This document shows positions 11,531 to 24,287 of a DNA stretch of 64,000 nucleotides, piece after piece. A program made the translations under genes and the position numbers. Origin of the DNA: Lama glama (taxonomy: Eukaryota); contig CM052816.1 in NCBI GenBank assembly GCA_028534125.1, forward strand, positions 30,940,001 through 31,004,000, in the 5' to 3' direction. Numbering within the stretch: position 1 is the first letter of the stretch; each line of letters begins with the position of its first letter. The notes beneath the pieces were generated by a model. That model ran no database searches, was not told the origin of the DNA, and saw only the letters and a program-made list of their open reading frames with translations.

Positions 11531-12149
11531 TCAAAAAGGCATGAGACAATTAGCCTTCTACCATCAACTGTTTTACAAACTGTAAAATAAGCAATACACC
11601 CGTATGTACATACACACACATACAGATACAGACACATACACACAAGCTTTTCCTACTGTACTTCTTCAGACTCATCAGCATAAACAAGCATTTTAATTCA
11701 CAAGCCCCTGAGTTGAACTCATCCTTGGATTGACTTTCCTCCTTAAGTTTTGGCATCACCAACTAATCGATAGTTCTCTGGTGAGTCTCTCCGGGTAACC
11801 TCTCATTGACAGAGAGGAGTTAAGTGAGAAAACAGAACTTCCTCATAAAAGTCCGGTTTAAGAGGTCACTTTTATAAATCAAAGAACAAAAAACTCTGCA
11901 GGATATAAAAACAGTATAATCACCAGCCCGGACACTTGTCTTAGAATTTGAAAAGACTCATTTTGTAATGCTGAACTTGGTGGTCTATGACAGCAAACAC
12001 TTGAGGGGAATTTACATTCTTGATCTTTCAGAGGCTGCCTTTATCATCATTCACTCTAACAACTCCGCAAAGCAAGGTGGGAAAACACTTGGATGAGGAA
12101 GGATGTTTCAATAATACAAGGTAAATAATTTACTGCATATCACACTCAA

Positions 12150-12390
12150 GGGATGATGAATAAGAGCTCAAGTTATGGGTCAGGGGACACTGGCTTTACA
12201 TCCCAGCTCCACTATGACTCAGTGTACTGCCTGCAGCAACTCGGCTTCTCTGTGTGTCCGTTTCTCCACCTAAATCAGGGAAAATATACAAGCCTCTTCG
12301 TAGGACTATTCTCAGTATTAAGTGAACTGGTGCAGGTGCTGAGCACAGGACCTGGGAGACAGCCAGCATTTTTTAAATGTTGGTCATAAA
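12150..12390 (+). mobile_element. MIR SINE
   Basis: taagagctcaag...atcccagctccact...cttctctgtgtgtccgtttctccacctaaatcagggaaaat...agcacaggacctgg...aaatgttgg. Confidence 0.7.
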
Positions 12391-13174
12391 AAATTTTATA
12401 TTAGAAATATACACAATATCCATTTTTTTTTACTGTATCAGCTATAATAAATGAAACAGATACCATGAACAAGTCCAAGGGTTCATGCATAAAAATTTCA
12501 TTGTAGCTGGCTGCAGGTTTGGGACAAAATGATTATTTTAAGTGGAACAGACATGCACATTTAAATGGTGTTAGAGATAAATTATGGATCATATTTTCAA
12601 CATATTGGACCTCCTTCAACTCTGTAAAACACATTTTAACTTTTGATTCAGAGTATGTGAGATCAAAACCAGTAACAGAGTTAGAAAGATAAAAGATAAA
12701 CATCATCCCATATTTCAACTTGGGGTCATTTTTTTCCCTTATAACTAATTCATGGTAACATATTAGTTGCTCTAGGAATGACCTAGATTTCAGTGACAAG
12801 ATAAGGGCTGTTTGGTTTTCACACTGCGGGTTCCCTTGCTTGTTTGCGTGTTTGCTTTGTGACCCCAGGAGATACTGCACTCCTGAGGGAGGTGATGTCC
12901 TGATAATCCACCATGTTTATAAAAGTCATTTTGTTTTTTGCAGAAGCAGCAGCATGCAAGACTGAAAAAAAAAAAAAGGCCTCCTTATACTGAGTTTTAT
13001 TTTATACCGATAGATGTTCAAAATCACAATGGTATTTTTTGCTTTTTACCTCCTCCTCAGGTATATTCTTTCTCAGTTTAAAAGGACACATTAAATCACC
13101 TGCATGAGGCTGGGGGCAGTCACAATATCTAAGAAGAATTGCAATGAGATACTGTGTGCCCAGTGAGAGTGAAC

Positions 13175-13325
13175 CAGGCACTCATAATGTATTCCCCAGA
13201 GCAGAGGACTTTAGGGGTCAACAGACTGCCCCCCGAGTTGGTATGTAACATTGCATGTGTATGTACATAGCTTTCATCAGACATTCAGAGGGGTCCTTTC
13301 TCTAAACGTGATTGAGAATCATAAT
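13175..13325. mobile_element. hAT-Charlie-type MITE (subfamily unassigned)
   Basis: ttgcatgtgtatgtacatagctttcatcagacattcagaggggtcc...ttgagaatca; a related copy appears inverted at about 49.7-49.9 kb. Confidence 0.5.
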
Positions 13326-16090
13326 TCTGCAGATGTGCGAACCCCAAGATACTTTAGAGCTTTCAACTGAAGGAAGCTTGGCACTGTTTGTCGCTCAGTT
13401 CCAGAACAGACTGAGAGACAGGGAACCTCTAAAGGGAGCTGTGAAAGGTACTGTTTGTGTTTAGAAGCAACAGTTTGATAATTCACTTGGGGAGGGTAAG
13501 GAAACCTCCATTCTAACTCCAGTTAACTGTGGGGCTGTCTGCTGGATGACGAGGTCTTGGTTTCGCCCTGCTCATGGAGAGTAAAGAAGTGATCACTGAA
13601 TCAACACCTTCTAATCAAGGTTGATTTTAGTTTTGCTTTACTTCTTAATGTTAACAGACAGAAAAACATTCTGCAAACCTAAACTGTAAATCCTGTCTTA
13701 ATTCTACTTAGGAGAATTTAAACTGAATTTTCAATAAGGGCAGGGAAACTGGAGTCTAAGTGTCCTTATGTTTATGTTTCTAACACTTTTGCCCTTGGAC
13801 CTGGATTTATGTGTTTTTTATACAAGGGGAGAATTGGGTTCAAAATGTTCAAAAATTTTTTCAAGACAAAAATATCAAATCTAAAGAGGCATGAGATGTA
13901 CAAGTATAAATCATGAGGGTATTTTTGACCCAAATTATATCAAGGTTGATATAACTAGAAAAAACACTGGAAAATAGAAACTTTTGCCCTGTTGTCGTGA
14001 CAGTACCTTATGAAGAAAACATGTGTGGGCTGGCTTTAAAAGATTTCTAGATTTATAATTTTTATTCTCTGCAATAAGGTCTTGGAGTCATCGTCATTCA
14101 AGTTGTTATGGAATTTGATAGAAGTATATTCAGAATTTCTCTCTGAGGGTCTGTTACGGAAAACAGTTGGAGAACTCCACCTACTCAGATTCAGATTACA
14201 AATGTTTTGACTCTGTTCCGGGCACGTGAGACAAATTATTGCATCCTGTTCAGCACACTCCTTTTGGGATGAGCTGCCTGTTTCTACGATTGTCAATGCG
14301 CTCATAAACAGAGGAGGACATCTTTCCCAATAAAATTGGTATTCAATTTATAGCACTGAGTGTAAAACGCCCCAAAATACTGTGGATAGACAAAAAAACT
14401 TAAATTCCCTTCTGATTAGAGGTCATAAAATGTGAACATGCTACTTAAACAGCACTCAAGAAGGAAATTGGGAAATAGGTTAGATTTTCTTATGGTACAC
14501 ACACTTGTGGGGAAAAAATTAAATGCATGTTAAACCAAATGCATGCTAGGAACAGATTCCTATGAATTGAACCCTCTCCCTGGATAAAGACACATAATTT
14601 TCCATTTCTTGGCTGTATATGGATTAGATATATCACACATCTGATTTATCTTCCAAAGCTGTGTCTGGACTTCATCTCAGCTCTTTTGCTTTTCCTCTTG
14701 GTGTTCATTGGACAAATATTTTTTGTAGTCACCTAATTGTCACTCATATATGTGTATTCACATTCTCTCTACTTAAGAAAGTGAACTTGGAAATGTTGTT
14801 TACAACAACCATCGGTATATTGATCACCTAGCTAGTAACTGGTGAGATAAAATTCCAGTTTATGGGTATTAAACCCCACAACTCCTAAAGATGCTTCTTT
14901 TTAACTTAAATCTGACACTCTGCAATGGAGAGCTAATAAATTCTGGCTTAATAGACACCCCCACAGAATATAAGATTTTATAATGACCCCCTCCCCAGGT
15001 AATCAGCCTGAGCGGGAAAATAAGAGGGTGGGCATCTTGTCTGGAGAATTTACACACGTTACAGCTTAACCAAAAGCTAGTCTCCTTTCCATCATCACCA
15101 TCCACCAGACATTTACAGTAACATCAGTGATAAGATACTTTTCCTGAAAAAAATCTTTCATTGGTCTAAGTTTGAAACAATTCCTTTGGTTATTGTTCAG
15201 TTTTAATGCTATTTATTTAACCTTCAAACTGGTACATTTTTATTACTTGCCCTATAGAGAGATGTGTGTTCTGCATGAGAGTGACTTTGGACAACTCTTC
15301 TTACACTGTCAACTCAGACGGATGACAGATGTGGATCCAGGTACACACGAGCCCTGGGGAGAATTGTTGTGATGACTCAAAATTGCTCAACCTTGAGTTG
15401 ACTACAGTTCATATCTTCACCTGGGGACATTACATATTCCTCTGCTCAAACAGTTGATTTTAAATAAAAATGATTAGAATACGGATAAAGAGACAAAATT
15501 TCAAAGTCAATTTTGTCTTTGTCACCACAGAGAATTTTCATTTGTGTTTCAGATTTAAAATAGTGAACTAGAACATGAAAAGTGAGGCATAATGCTTTCC
15601 TTTGAGATGGACAAATTTTAGTTCACACATTAAATATTTATTTAATTTGAAAAATATGTGTCATGTTATTTATTATTCTTTTATAATTGCAATTGTAAAA
15701 ATTTAAAGTGAATCCAGAGATTTTTAAATAATATCACATGATTATTATTTAAAATATCATTTTCATACAAAAGAAAGAATTGTTGGCATGTATATTAACT
15801 ACTCCACTGATTGTAAATTTAATCCTATGTTAATTATAAAAGTAGTAGTTAATGAACTAGGTATACTGTGACTCTAATGATAAATAAAATACTGTATTAC
15901 TAAAAGTACTGATGGAGTTACATCATGTAAAATAGTTTGCAGAACCAAAATCCTCTGTCTTCCAGAATCTGGGCAGTTGGCATTTTTGAGATACTCAGCT
16001 CTTTCTGGCTGTGGACTTGAAAAGTGGCAATTTCTAATGGGAAATTAGACTGGATGAGAACATGGAGAATCTGACTCCCCTAGCCCACGA

Positions 16091-16124
16091 ACACACATAC
16101 AAGTACACACACACACACACACAC
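16091..16124. repeat. (CA)n microsatellite, interrupted
   Basis: acacacatacaagtacacacacacacacacacac. Confidence 0.9.
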
Positions 16125-17549
16125 CGTGTGCACAGGCAGAAGGACACAAGCTCCTCAGACTCCTGTTTTGCAGTTGTCACCCTTGTTGCCCTTTAAACAC
16201 GTTCAATAAAGGGATTCAGTTTTATATCCCTGCCCCAACTTCCCTTAATCTGCCCTTCAATCTCTCACCTCTGGATTATCTCCATTTTTCTCCTGTCCTT
16301 CAGCACATACAGCCCTACTGTCTTAAAATGTCCCCAGTGGTAGTTAATTTGAGTTATGGTAGCTAATTTGAAGCTGGAAGCATCTCAAGTACCTGTTTCA
16401 TTTACATACATATATTTTCAGATGCCTGTATAGACTATCCTGAAAAACAATTTCTGAAGTAAACAATTTGTTTTGAACTGAGAAATCTCTGTAATCGTTC
16501 TTTACTTCCAGTGGCACAAAGGTCACTCTGCCCTTAAAGACTATTTAATCAAAGATTGCACGCTCTTCTGCTGCCCCAGCCTTCTGCTCTAAGTGACCAG
16601 ATATCTACTCTACTTACAACCACCTGCAAAAGAAGAAAAACTAAATGTGTCTTAATTATGACATGTACCAAGGTTAGAACCTTTCTGACGTGACAAGCCT
16701 CTCCACAACATCTCAGGGCATTGTCGTGCTACCGTCCAAACTATGTCTTATATAATGTATAATCTGCTGTTAATAATGGGATACAGGACAGGAAGATACA
16801 CTTTCTTTGTCGGCATAGCCCGTCACTTCCAAAAAGTTCCATCTGTAGTTCTTTTCCAAAGTATGCAGATATTTTGCTAAAATGTGGGCTATCTGACCAA
16901 AGCCATTTTAAAACTGGGCCTGTTCACGCCCAATAAAAACTTAGAAGAGAATGTGTGGCCTTTGGAACCTGTTAAAATGTCATTACTGCCAAGAATGTGA
17001 TGTATGGGGATGACTGACGATTGTATTCACCATGGATGCTACACACTGTGCTCCGGAATGTCATGGAGCAAGTCTTTGCTGCATGTTTGACATAATTTGG
17101 CAACCTTCTTTATGAGCAATTCTACAAAGAGTGGGCCACAAATTAACCCAATAAAAATTACATTAAGAACAATTTCTTGTTCTCTCATTGTTCACTTTGT
17201 TCATTCTCTGCCAGTATTAGAGCAGGGTGTCTTTTTTTTTAAAAAAAAATCTTGAATAGGACACAGCCTCTCTCTTCTTGAGAAACGGATTGAAGTCCAA
17301 CATCAGTTATGAATCTGTTCAGTTTCTAGTTATCACTGACTTAGGCAAACTATCTCCAAGTAAGTAAAATCTGCCTCAGTGAATTTTGAGGCTGTCATTC
17401 CAGAAAACTCTTAACATTTTTTCATGACCACCTCTCAGTCTTATGTTTTCCTAAATTAAACCTCAATTATCTGTAAATGATCCTTTTAATAATATTGATA
17501 CAATCTCTCATTCTTTCTCAAAGTTAGGGAGGTGCTTTTTTGGCTACTA

Positions 17550-17900
17550 ACAATTAATTCAACTATTCATTAAACCAGCAGTTGGCAACAATACCTCATG
17601 TATCAATCCAGCCTACCTCCTTTATCTGTAAATAAAATTTTATTAGGACATAGTCATTCCCATTCATTTACATATTGTCTTTAGCTGCTTTCTCACTACA
17701 AAGGCAGAGTTGAGTGGTTGTGACAGAGACCATACTAAACCTAAAATAGTCACCGGCCTTAAAAAAAAAAAAAGTCAGCCTTAAAAAAAAGTTTGCCAAC
17801 CTTTACATTAAATAGATATTTATCAAACACCTGTTTTATGCTAAGCACTGTGCTGGGCACTGAAAACATAATTGTAATAAAAATCCCCACAAATGTGTAA
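17550..17900 (-). mobile_element. L2 3' end interrupted by MER58A
   Basis: attaattcaactattcattaaa | MER58A | acattaaatagatatttatcaaacacctgttttatgctaagcactgtgctgggcactg. Confidence 0.65.
17576..17803. mobile_element. MER58A-like hAT-Charlie MITE
   Basis: cagcagttggcaac...gtaaataaaattttattaggacatagtcattcccattcatttacatattgtc...gcagagttgagtggttgtgacagagacc...aaaaagtttgccaacc; TIR-like ends; cattaaa on both flanks. Confidence 0.85.
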
Positions 17901-19809
17901 TTACATGCTGATGTATCTGGCAGCAAAAAATAGAAGTAGGAAGAATAAGGATACAAATTATATATATATTATTCAGAGAGACATTGTAAGATAAGAAGAG
18001 GAAGGCATTCTCCATAATAAAAAAAATAAATTGAAGAAACCTATTATGCATTAGTGAGCAGAGAAAAAAAGGCACCAAACTTTAACCTACTCTGGTTCTT
18101 ATGACTCCTGATATTACTGTCTTCAAGGACCACCTGACTGGAGAAGCTATCCATCAATATTCCACCAGGGGATCATATTTCAAAGCGCTATCTGACCAAG
18201 GAGAGAAAAAAATCAATTTTTTATGTGGTTCTCTGAGGCTTTTGTTCTACCCGATAATTATTTTATATATTTCTTCTACAGTGCTAAATCAGAATATCCA
18301 ATTTTCTTTGCACTGTGAAGGTTAAGCACAGAGATGAGCACGGCATTGTGGACATTTATGTACAATTTATTTGTATTTCATTTATTTGAAACAATGTTTA
18401 GGTTGCTATTTCCAGTTAACTCTTTTCTGTGACAGCAAGCAAGTCATCTTGTAACTGGCCTGACCTAATCCACTTTGGACCTTGACTTTGATGTTCACTC
18501 ATATGGAAATACAAAAAAGATACGGTTCAATTAAGCTATGTATAACAGTCTATTTTCAGAAAGAAAAATCTGAGATATTTTTAAATGGCTTTAATGTGTC
18601 TAAGGGGCAACATACATTCTAACTACTGTCCTTCTAGTTCTTTTCTGACCTCCAATGTATTAGCTTGCTTCTGAACCTGAGATCATTCTTTCTGCACTGC
18701 AAGAATTGGTGTGAGTCCTCTCTAAGATGCAGGTGAACTTAAATTTGTTCATCTTAATAAGCTGTATATTTTATGGGCTTTTTGTCTTTATTTCTTTAAT
18801 CATGATTCATTTAGATATTGAATGAAATTTTCAGAAAAACCTTCAAAGAGGTTAAGAAGTCTAATATATAAATAGGTGCAAGTAATTTGATGCAAATGAT
18901 GATCATTAAGTAACATTTCCATTATAATTTTGTTATACCCTCCCTCTAAAACTGATGTGAAGTGACTTCTAATAAAAATTTGGCTATGAGACATCTGCAA
19001 ACAATTAATGGAAGACTAAAAGATTCATAAATAATGTGGGAGAGATGAAGATAGCCAATGATGGTAAAATTAGCAAGCAAATTAGCTACACAGTGGTGAG
19101 TAAATGCATCAGAGGGAAACCATGGAAATACAATTTCAGATTTAATGAAGAGATGTAGTTTCTATAATGCAAAAGTTCTTTTTAATTATTTTGGAGTAAT
19201 ATAAGGTTTGTGAAAGAATTAATAATATCTAGCACACTGTGGGTATTTAAATATATGTCAAATAAATGGAGAGATCGGTTTAATGGTAGTTTTGATGGAG
19301 CTTATTTTGTAAGTTAAAAATGAGTTGAATTGTCTGTGGGTGACTAATAAGGACATGACATTGACACGGCAATCTTGTAGGAATTTTAGTCCATATAAGA
19401 TTATGTTGTCTTTTTCTCATTGTCATAGTATTATGATTATGTTCTCAGTGACTTCATATTGATGACATTTTCATAGGAAATAGCCAAAAGGGTCAGTTAG
19501 CTCAATATTAAGGTACAAAAGTTACTGTAACCAAAATAACAACCTCATCTTCTTAAAATCTGTTGAAATATCTCCATCCCAACTTTTTGGATTCCACCTT
19601 CTTACACTACCCTAACTTTAAATAAGAGATACTGCAAGGATGTGAATTCAGTTTGCACTATGATTCAGCCACCCTCAGGATCAGTTATGTTTTGACATTT
19701 CAAAATCTTAAACCCACAACTAAATAGGAAAAAAGATTTTTAGGGAACTCACAGAAGTTTCTTGTACCATGCATTACTTGATTTAGTCTGGCTTTGCACT
19801 TACTGTTAA

Positions 19810-20060
19810 TGGAATCATAAAATATATGTTCTCATAACTCTTTTTTAGCTCAAGTACTATGTTTTAAGATGCATTCTGCTTTAATCACGAAATGGTTAAT
19901 CATTTTGGTTGATTTATAATATTCCATTGTATAGATATCTATCATTTATTTATATATCCAATTATTGATTGACATTTGGAGTTTTTGGATATTTTTATAC
20001 TCCAGCCAAGGGTGTTAATAGTATTTTATACATGTAGTGTTTTTTAGTACAAGTTTTTCT
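19810..20060 (-). mobile_element. Ancient L1 3' fragment
   Basis: aatattccattgtatagatatctatcatttatttatatatccaattattgattgacatttgg. Confidence 0.6.
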
Positions 20061-20064
20061 GGTG

Positions 20065-20282
20065 CAGAGTTATTCAAACTGAGATTGGAGAACCATTAAT
20101 GGAATATGAAATCAAATTATTGGTATATAACAAAAATCTTATGAAAATGTTACAGGATTGAATCAAAAATATTAAAACATTAAATATTATAGTAAGAGTA
20201 ATGATATTGTTTCATGACATTTTCTCTCCATGCATGTTTGTGTATATGGTCACAATGCAAAGCTCAGAAAAAGATTTGAAGA
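20065..20282. mobile_element. MER112-like hAT-Charlie MITE
   Basis: cagagttattcaaactg...ccattaatggaatatgaaatcaaatt...agtaagagtaatgatattgtttcatga...ggtcacaatgcaaa...aaaagatttgaa. Confidence 0.55.
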
Positions 20283-20284
20283 AG

Positions 20285-21215
20285 CAAAATGATATGAGAA
20301 ACTATGAAAGAAGAAAAACTCAGCAAAATAGACAATATAAACAATCCCATAGGAGAATGCAGATACAGGAACTGTCTGACAGAATTTAAAATAGTTTATT
20401 TGCTCTATGCAGAAAGAGGAAAGACAGTATTAAAAATTCTTTGCAAAAAAAATTCTCTTAAAGAGATATACTAGAAATGAAAAATGCAGTAGCCTAAATT
20501 AAGAATTCAGTACATAAGTTTACCAGTGGATTAAACACAGATGAAGAGAGAACCGGTACACTAGAAAACTGGCCAAAAGAAACTATTCAGAATGAAGAAT
20601 GAAGAGTTAAAATGATGGCAACTGCATGAGAAAGTAATGGACACAAAGAATACAGTGAGAAAGTTTAAAATTTGTAACTTCTGGAAAAACAGGAGAAGAA
20701 GTATAGAGCAAAAGTTCTCCTTTAGAAGATAATGGCTGTGAACTTTATTAAACTTTGCAAAACTGGAGATTAGACATCATTTCACACATTTAACAAGCCC
20801 CATGAACCCCAAACATCCAAGCACATCACTTAATAACTACTAAAAACCTAACAGAGAAAATCTGCAAACTATCCAGAGTAGAAAAACAAACATTTTTAGA
20901 ACACCTTTAATGGGACAAGAAATAGATAGTGTATTTCTCAAAAGAAACAATGGAAGCCAGAAGACACTGTAACGATATCCTTAAATTGCTGTAAGAAAAT
21001 AACTATTAATCTAAATTCCTTTCACCCAAGAAAATGTCCTTTGACAATGAAGGTGCAGTAACAATATTTTCAGATGAGATTGTTTAAAAGAATTCATGAG
21101 TAGCGGTCATGCATTTAAGGAAAACTTGGGGATAGTTTTCAAGCAGAATGAACATAAGTTACAAATGGAATGTTAGAGAGGCATTAAGAAATAAAAAATG
21201 GTAAAGATGGATTCT
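20285..21215 (+). mobile_element. Ancient L1M ORF1 relic
   Basis: ctagaaatgaaaaatgcagtagcctaaattaagaattcag...ttaaacacagatgaagagagaa...gaaacaatggaagccagaagacactgtaacgatatccttaaattgct (ETMEARRQW-like). Confidence 0.75.
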
Positions 21216-23019
21216 GAAATGAGTTATTTGGTGAAAAGAAAAATACTACTTTTAGGATAAGTAATCATTTCCAGGGTAAGTGTATCATTTTTTCTGATTA
21301 TTATGGAGGATGCTGGTTCTTCACTAGTCACTGTAACACTATGAACCTTTCCTGATTGTCCATGTGACTCTGCTGTGGGAACTGCTCAATTTCATGCTGT
21401 GCATGCAGGAACCAAACCTCACACAGTTCAGCTCTCTGCAACCCATGGGAGGGCCTTGAGTAGCTTGGAATCAGGACTTTCAAACAGCTTGAATACTAGG
21501 ATAAAAGCATCCTTAATTGCAAACTAAGAGAACTGGAACATGAGAATGAAAAGAATTAGCATCTATTCCTACTCAGCTGATTCAAAGACTATAAAAACAG
21601 TGACTTAATTTTATCTAAAGACCAGGAGCTAATTTGTTTTAGGAGGTCTCTGGTTATATGCCAAAACCTGTGTTCTCTAGGATTTAGAGTCACCAGCTGA
21701 CCTCTGAAATCTGCTTTTTTGGTCAATATCCACATTCTGGATTCAGGACCTATGAGCAGGCTGTCTTTATTCATACCACATAAGCCGATCAATGCTTTTC
21801 CCTGCATCATCAATGATGTAGCTGGCTTAGCTCAGTCTCTGCAGGATGAATGAGAGAAGACAAGCCCTGGCTGTGGACCACCTGCAGGCATGCATGTCTG
21901 TAGTAAGGATGACAAGGGTTGAAGGAAGGAGTTGCAGAAGGAGGATAGAAGTCTCATGAAATAAAGAGAGAAGCATGTGGAGCGTCAGTGAAATTTCACC
22001 CCTTTGTACGAATGAGTACGAAAACCAAAATGATTTAGTGAAACATTTAAATCACAAAATATCTTGGGAAAGGACCTTACTGTTTAGCAAACATGTAATG
22101 AAAAGTTGCCTTATAGTTAGATATGTGGCACTTCTCTTGAAGAAAATAATTTGTCATTAACATGTTAGATATAGATGGCTATTGATCCCAAGTCCTAGAA
22201 ACAATGAACAGTGCATATTTTCCTGTAAATCTGTTTATACTAGCAAGTTGCCTCCAAACTGTTTTTATGCTGTAAGTAAAATTTTTAATTCTTGCCCATC
22301 CTTTTTTCAATACAAATAATATTCATTATCAGTGAGATATACATAAATGAATTTATACTATAATTTAAAAGTTGCTTTAAAGACAGCCCTGTGTGTGACA
22401 GATTCTGTTTAAGCTACAAGTAAATAACATCCTTAAATTTAATAGGCAAATTACTTATTTGCATATTCTTAAAAATAAAAATATAACAAAATTCAATAGG
22501 GCTCAGATATTCTTGTGTAAGATGTCTTTTTTTGTTTGTTTAAAAAAAATATATTATTCCCTAATGGCTTGTTATTCATGCCATAGGATGATTCCCACCT
22601 CTGGAATAATCCATGTTTTCCTAGTGACTTTCTAGGTAGGTGACCAAACTGCTTTGAAAAAAATGCTTTTTAATCCCAGCCAATTTATCCCTACAGCAGT
22701 ACTCACCACTACCATTCATAAAGGAGGAACACTGCCAAATATTGCAAACTTCGGAGGACATCTGAAACTTACTGTTCAGCGTTTTCTTGAAACACTTTTA
22801 TGAACACTTGATTCCACTGTAAGACACACTGCTTGCAATGTCTGAACGGGAAACAAAGAATGACTGCCCACTGTCCAATCTTGAAAGAGAAATTTTTATA
22901 CACATTTACTCAGCAGCATTGCCATGGAGGTGCCTCAGAAAGGAATTTGGGAGTATTTTTTGCATCACAGCCAACAAACATCAAAATATTCCTTATTTAT
23001 TATCCGCCTGAGATTGTTG

Positions 23020-23650
23020 TCATAATGCAATTATGCAAATGAGGACTTGCAATCACACTGAGTATTTGTTCCGGTTTTGAGGCAAATACTTATTAGATCA
23101 GAGCAGTTTAAAGAAAACAAGGACTCACCACCAACAGAATTCAGGGAACGTGAAAGAGCATGAGAAATTCCCATTGGAACCGTTCCCAACGTGTTGCATA
23201 AATAAAGGTAGGGTCTGTTGAAGCTTCCCTCCCACCCCCTCCATTTTCTGCGGGAAAAGCAGCAAGCTTAGTTTGAGGAAAGAAGCATGGCTCAGGCAGT
23301 TGTCCCCACCTCTTCTATCCTGGGCTCGGCTGTGTGGGTTTTTCTTTTCCTTTTCATATCCACCAGCTTTCTCTAGCTTTCTCCCGCTCCTCACACCCCT
23401 CCTCAAACCCACAAAGGATTTCCAGCAGAGAGCAGCTGGTGCCCCGTACTGGCTACTTTCCCCGGACTCGGGGGGCTTTCACAGGAAATCAATGGCTGCT
23501 TATTTTCCCCTCTACTGTGTTTTATGTGTGGACTGACATGGCCCCAACCATACCAATCCATTCTGCAGAGCTATTTCCATTCAGATGTGCCTCTTTATAA
23601 ATAGCGGAAATTAGCGGAGGGCCGGTGTCAAACTGCTTGTCACATCTTGT
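23020..23650. promoter_or_regulatory. Candidate enhancer or alternative promoter (octamer, NF-kB-like, ETS, E-box, MEF2/TATA)
   Basis: Repeat-free and locally GC/CpG-richer. ATGCAAAT 23033-23040; GGGAATTTCT on minus strand 23163-23172; CAGCTG 23433-23438; GGGGCTTTCA 23472-23481; CAGGAAAT 23482-23489; CAGATG 23582-23587; TTATAAATAG 23595-23604. Motif evidence only. Confidence 0.4.
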
Positions 23651-24047
23651 TTTCAGTCTGTTGAAATCAGGTTTATAGTGTCCTATTCAGAAACCTGGAC
23701 TCCTTTTTGAGTTGCACAATGCATTTCAGGAGTTCCATCAGGCGATAAATGCAGAACTTCACATTGCTATTAAATAATAATCAAAATGATTAGGCTTTTG
23801 AATTTTTGTGAAGGAACTTATTTGCATGGAATTTGTTGTTTTAATTGTACGACGTCATGTATTCCTGGGTATTCATCTCTCTAGTGTGTAAAAGTATTCC
23901 TAGTTCATTTGTCAGTATTAGAGTTGCATAGGGTGAATGTGCTCTGGTGACTGAGTAGCAATGAATGAGCGAATAACTGAGAACCGAGAGCATGAATACA
24001 GTCAATACCATACATACCATGTGAGTGTCCCCCAAGCCCTCAAACAA

Positions 24048-24287
24048 ATAATAATTAGCATCTCTTAAATGCACGACACAGAACAAGACCACCAGTAAAT
24101 GCTTAACAACTCATTTAATTCCCACAACAACACTTTGAGGTACTGACTATTATGGTCCCCATTTTATAGATGAGGTAATTGAGGTTTAAACTGATTAAGG
24201 AACTTTCTCCAAATGTCACAGTTAGTTAGAGACTGACCCAAACAGTCTAACTCCAGAGCCTACAAAGTAATCCCCATGCAATACTGA
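24048..24287 (-). mobile_element. MIR SINE, near full length
   Basis: ctcatttaattcccacaacaacactttgaggtac...ccccattttatagatgaggtaattgaggtt...cagtctaactccagagcc. Confidence 0.85.

Noticed and set aside
14036..14305. 89-aa minus-strand ORF
   Set aside because: No recognisable domain and no clear flanking splice sites; the length is compatible with chance.
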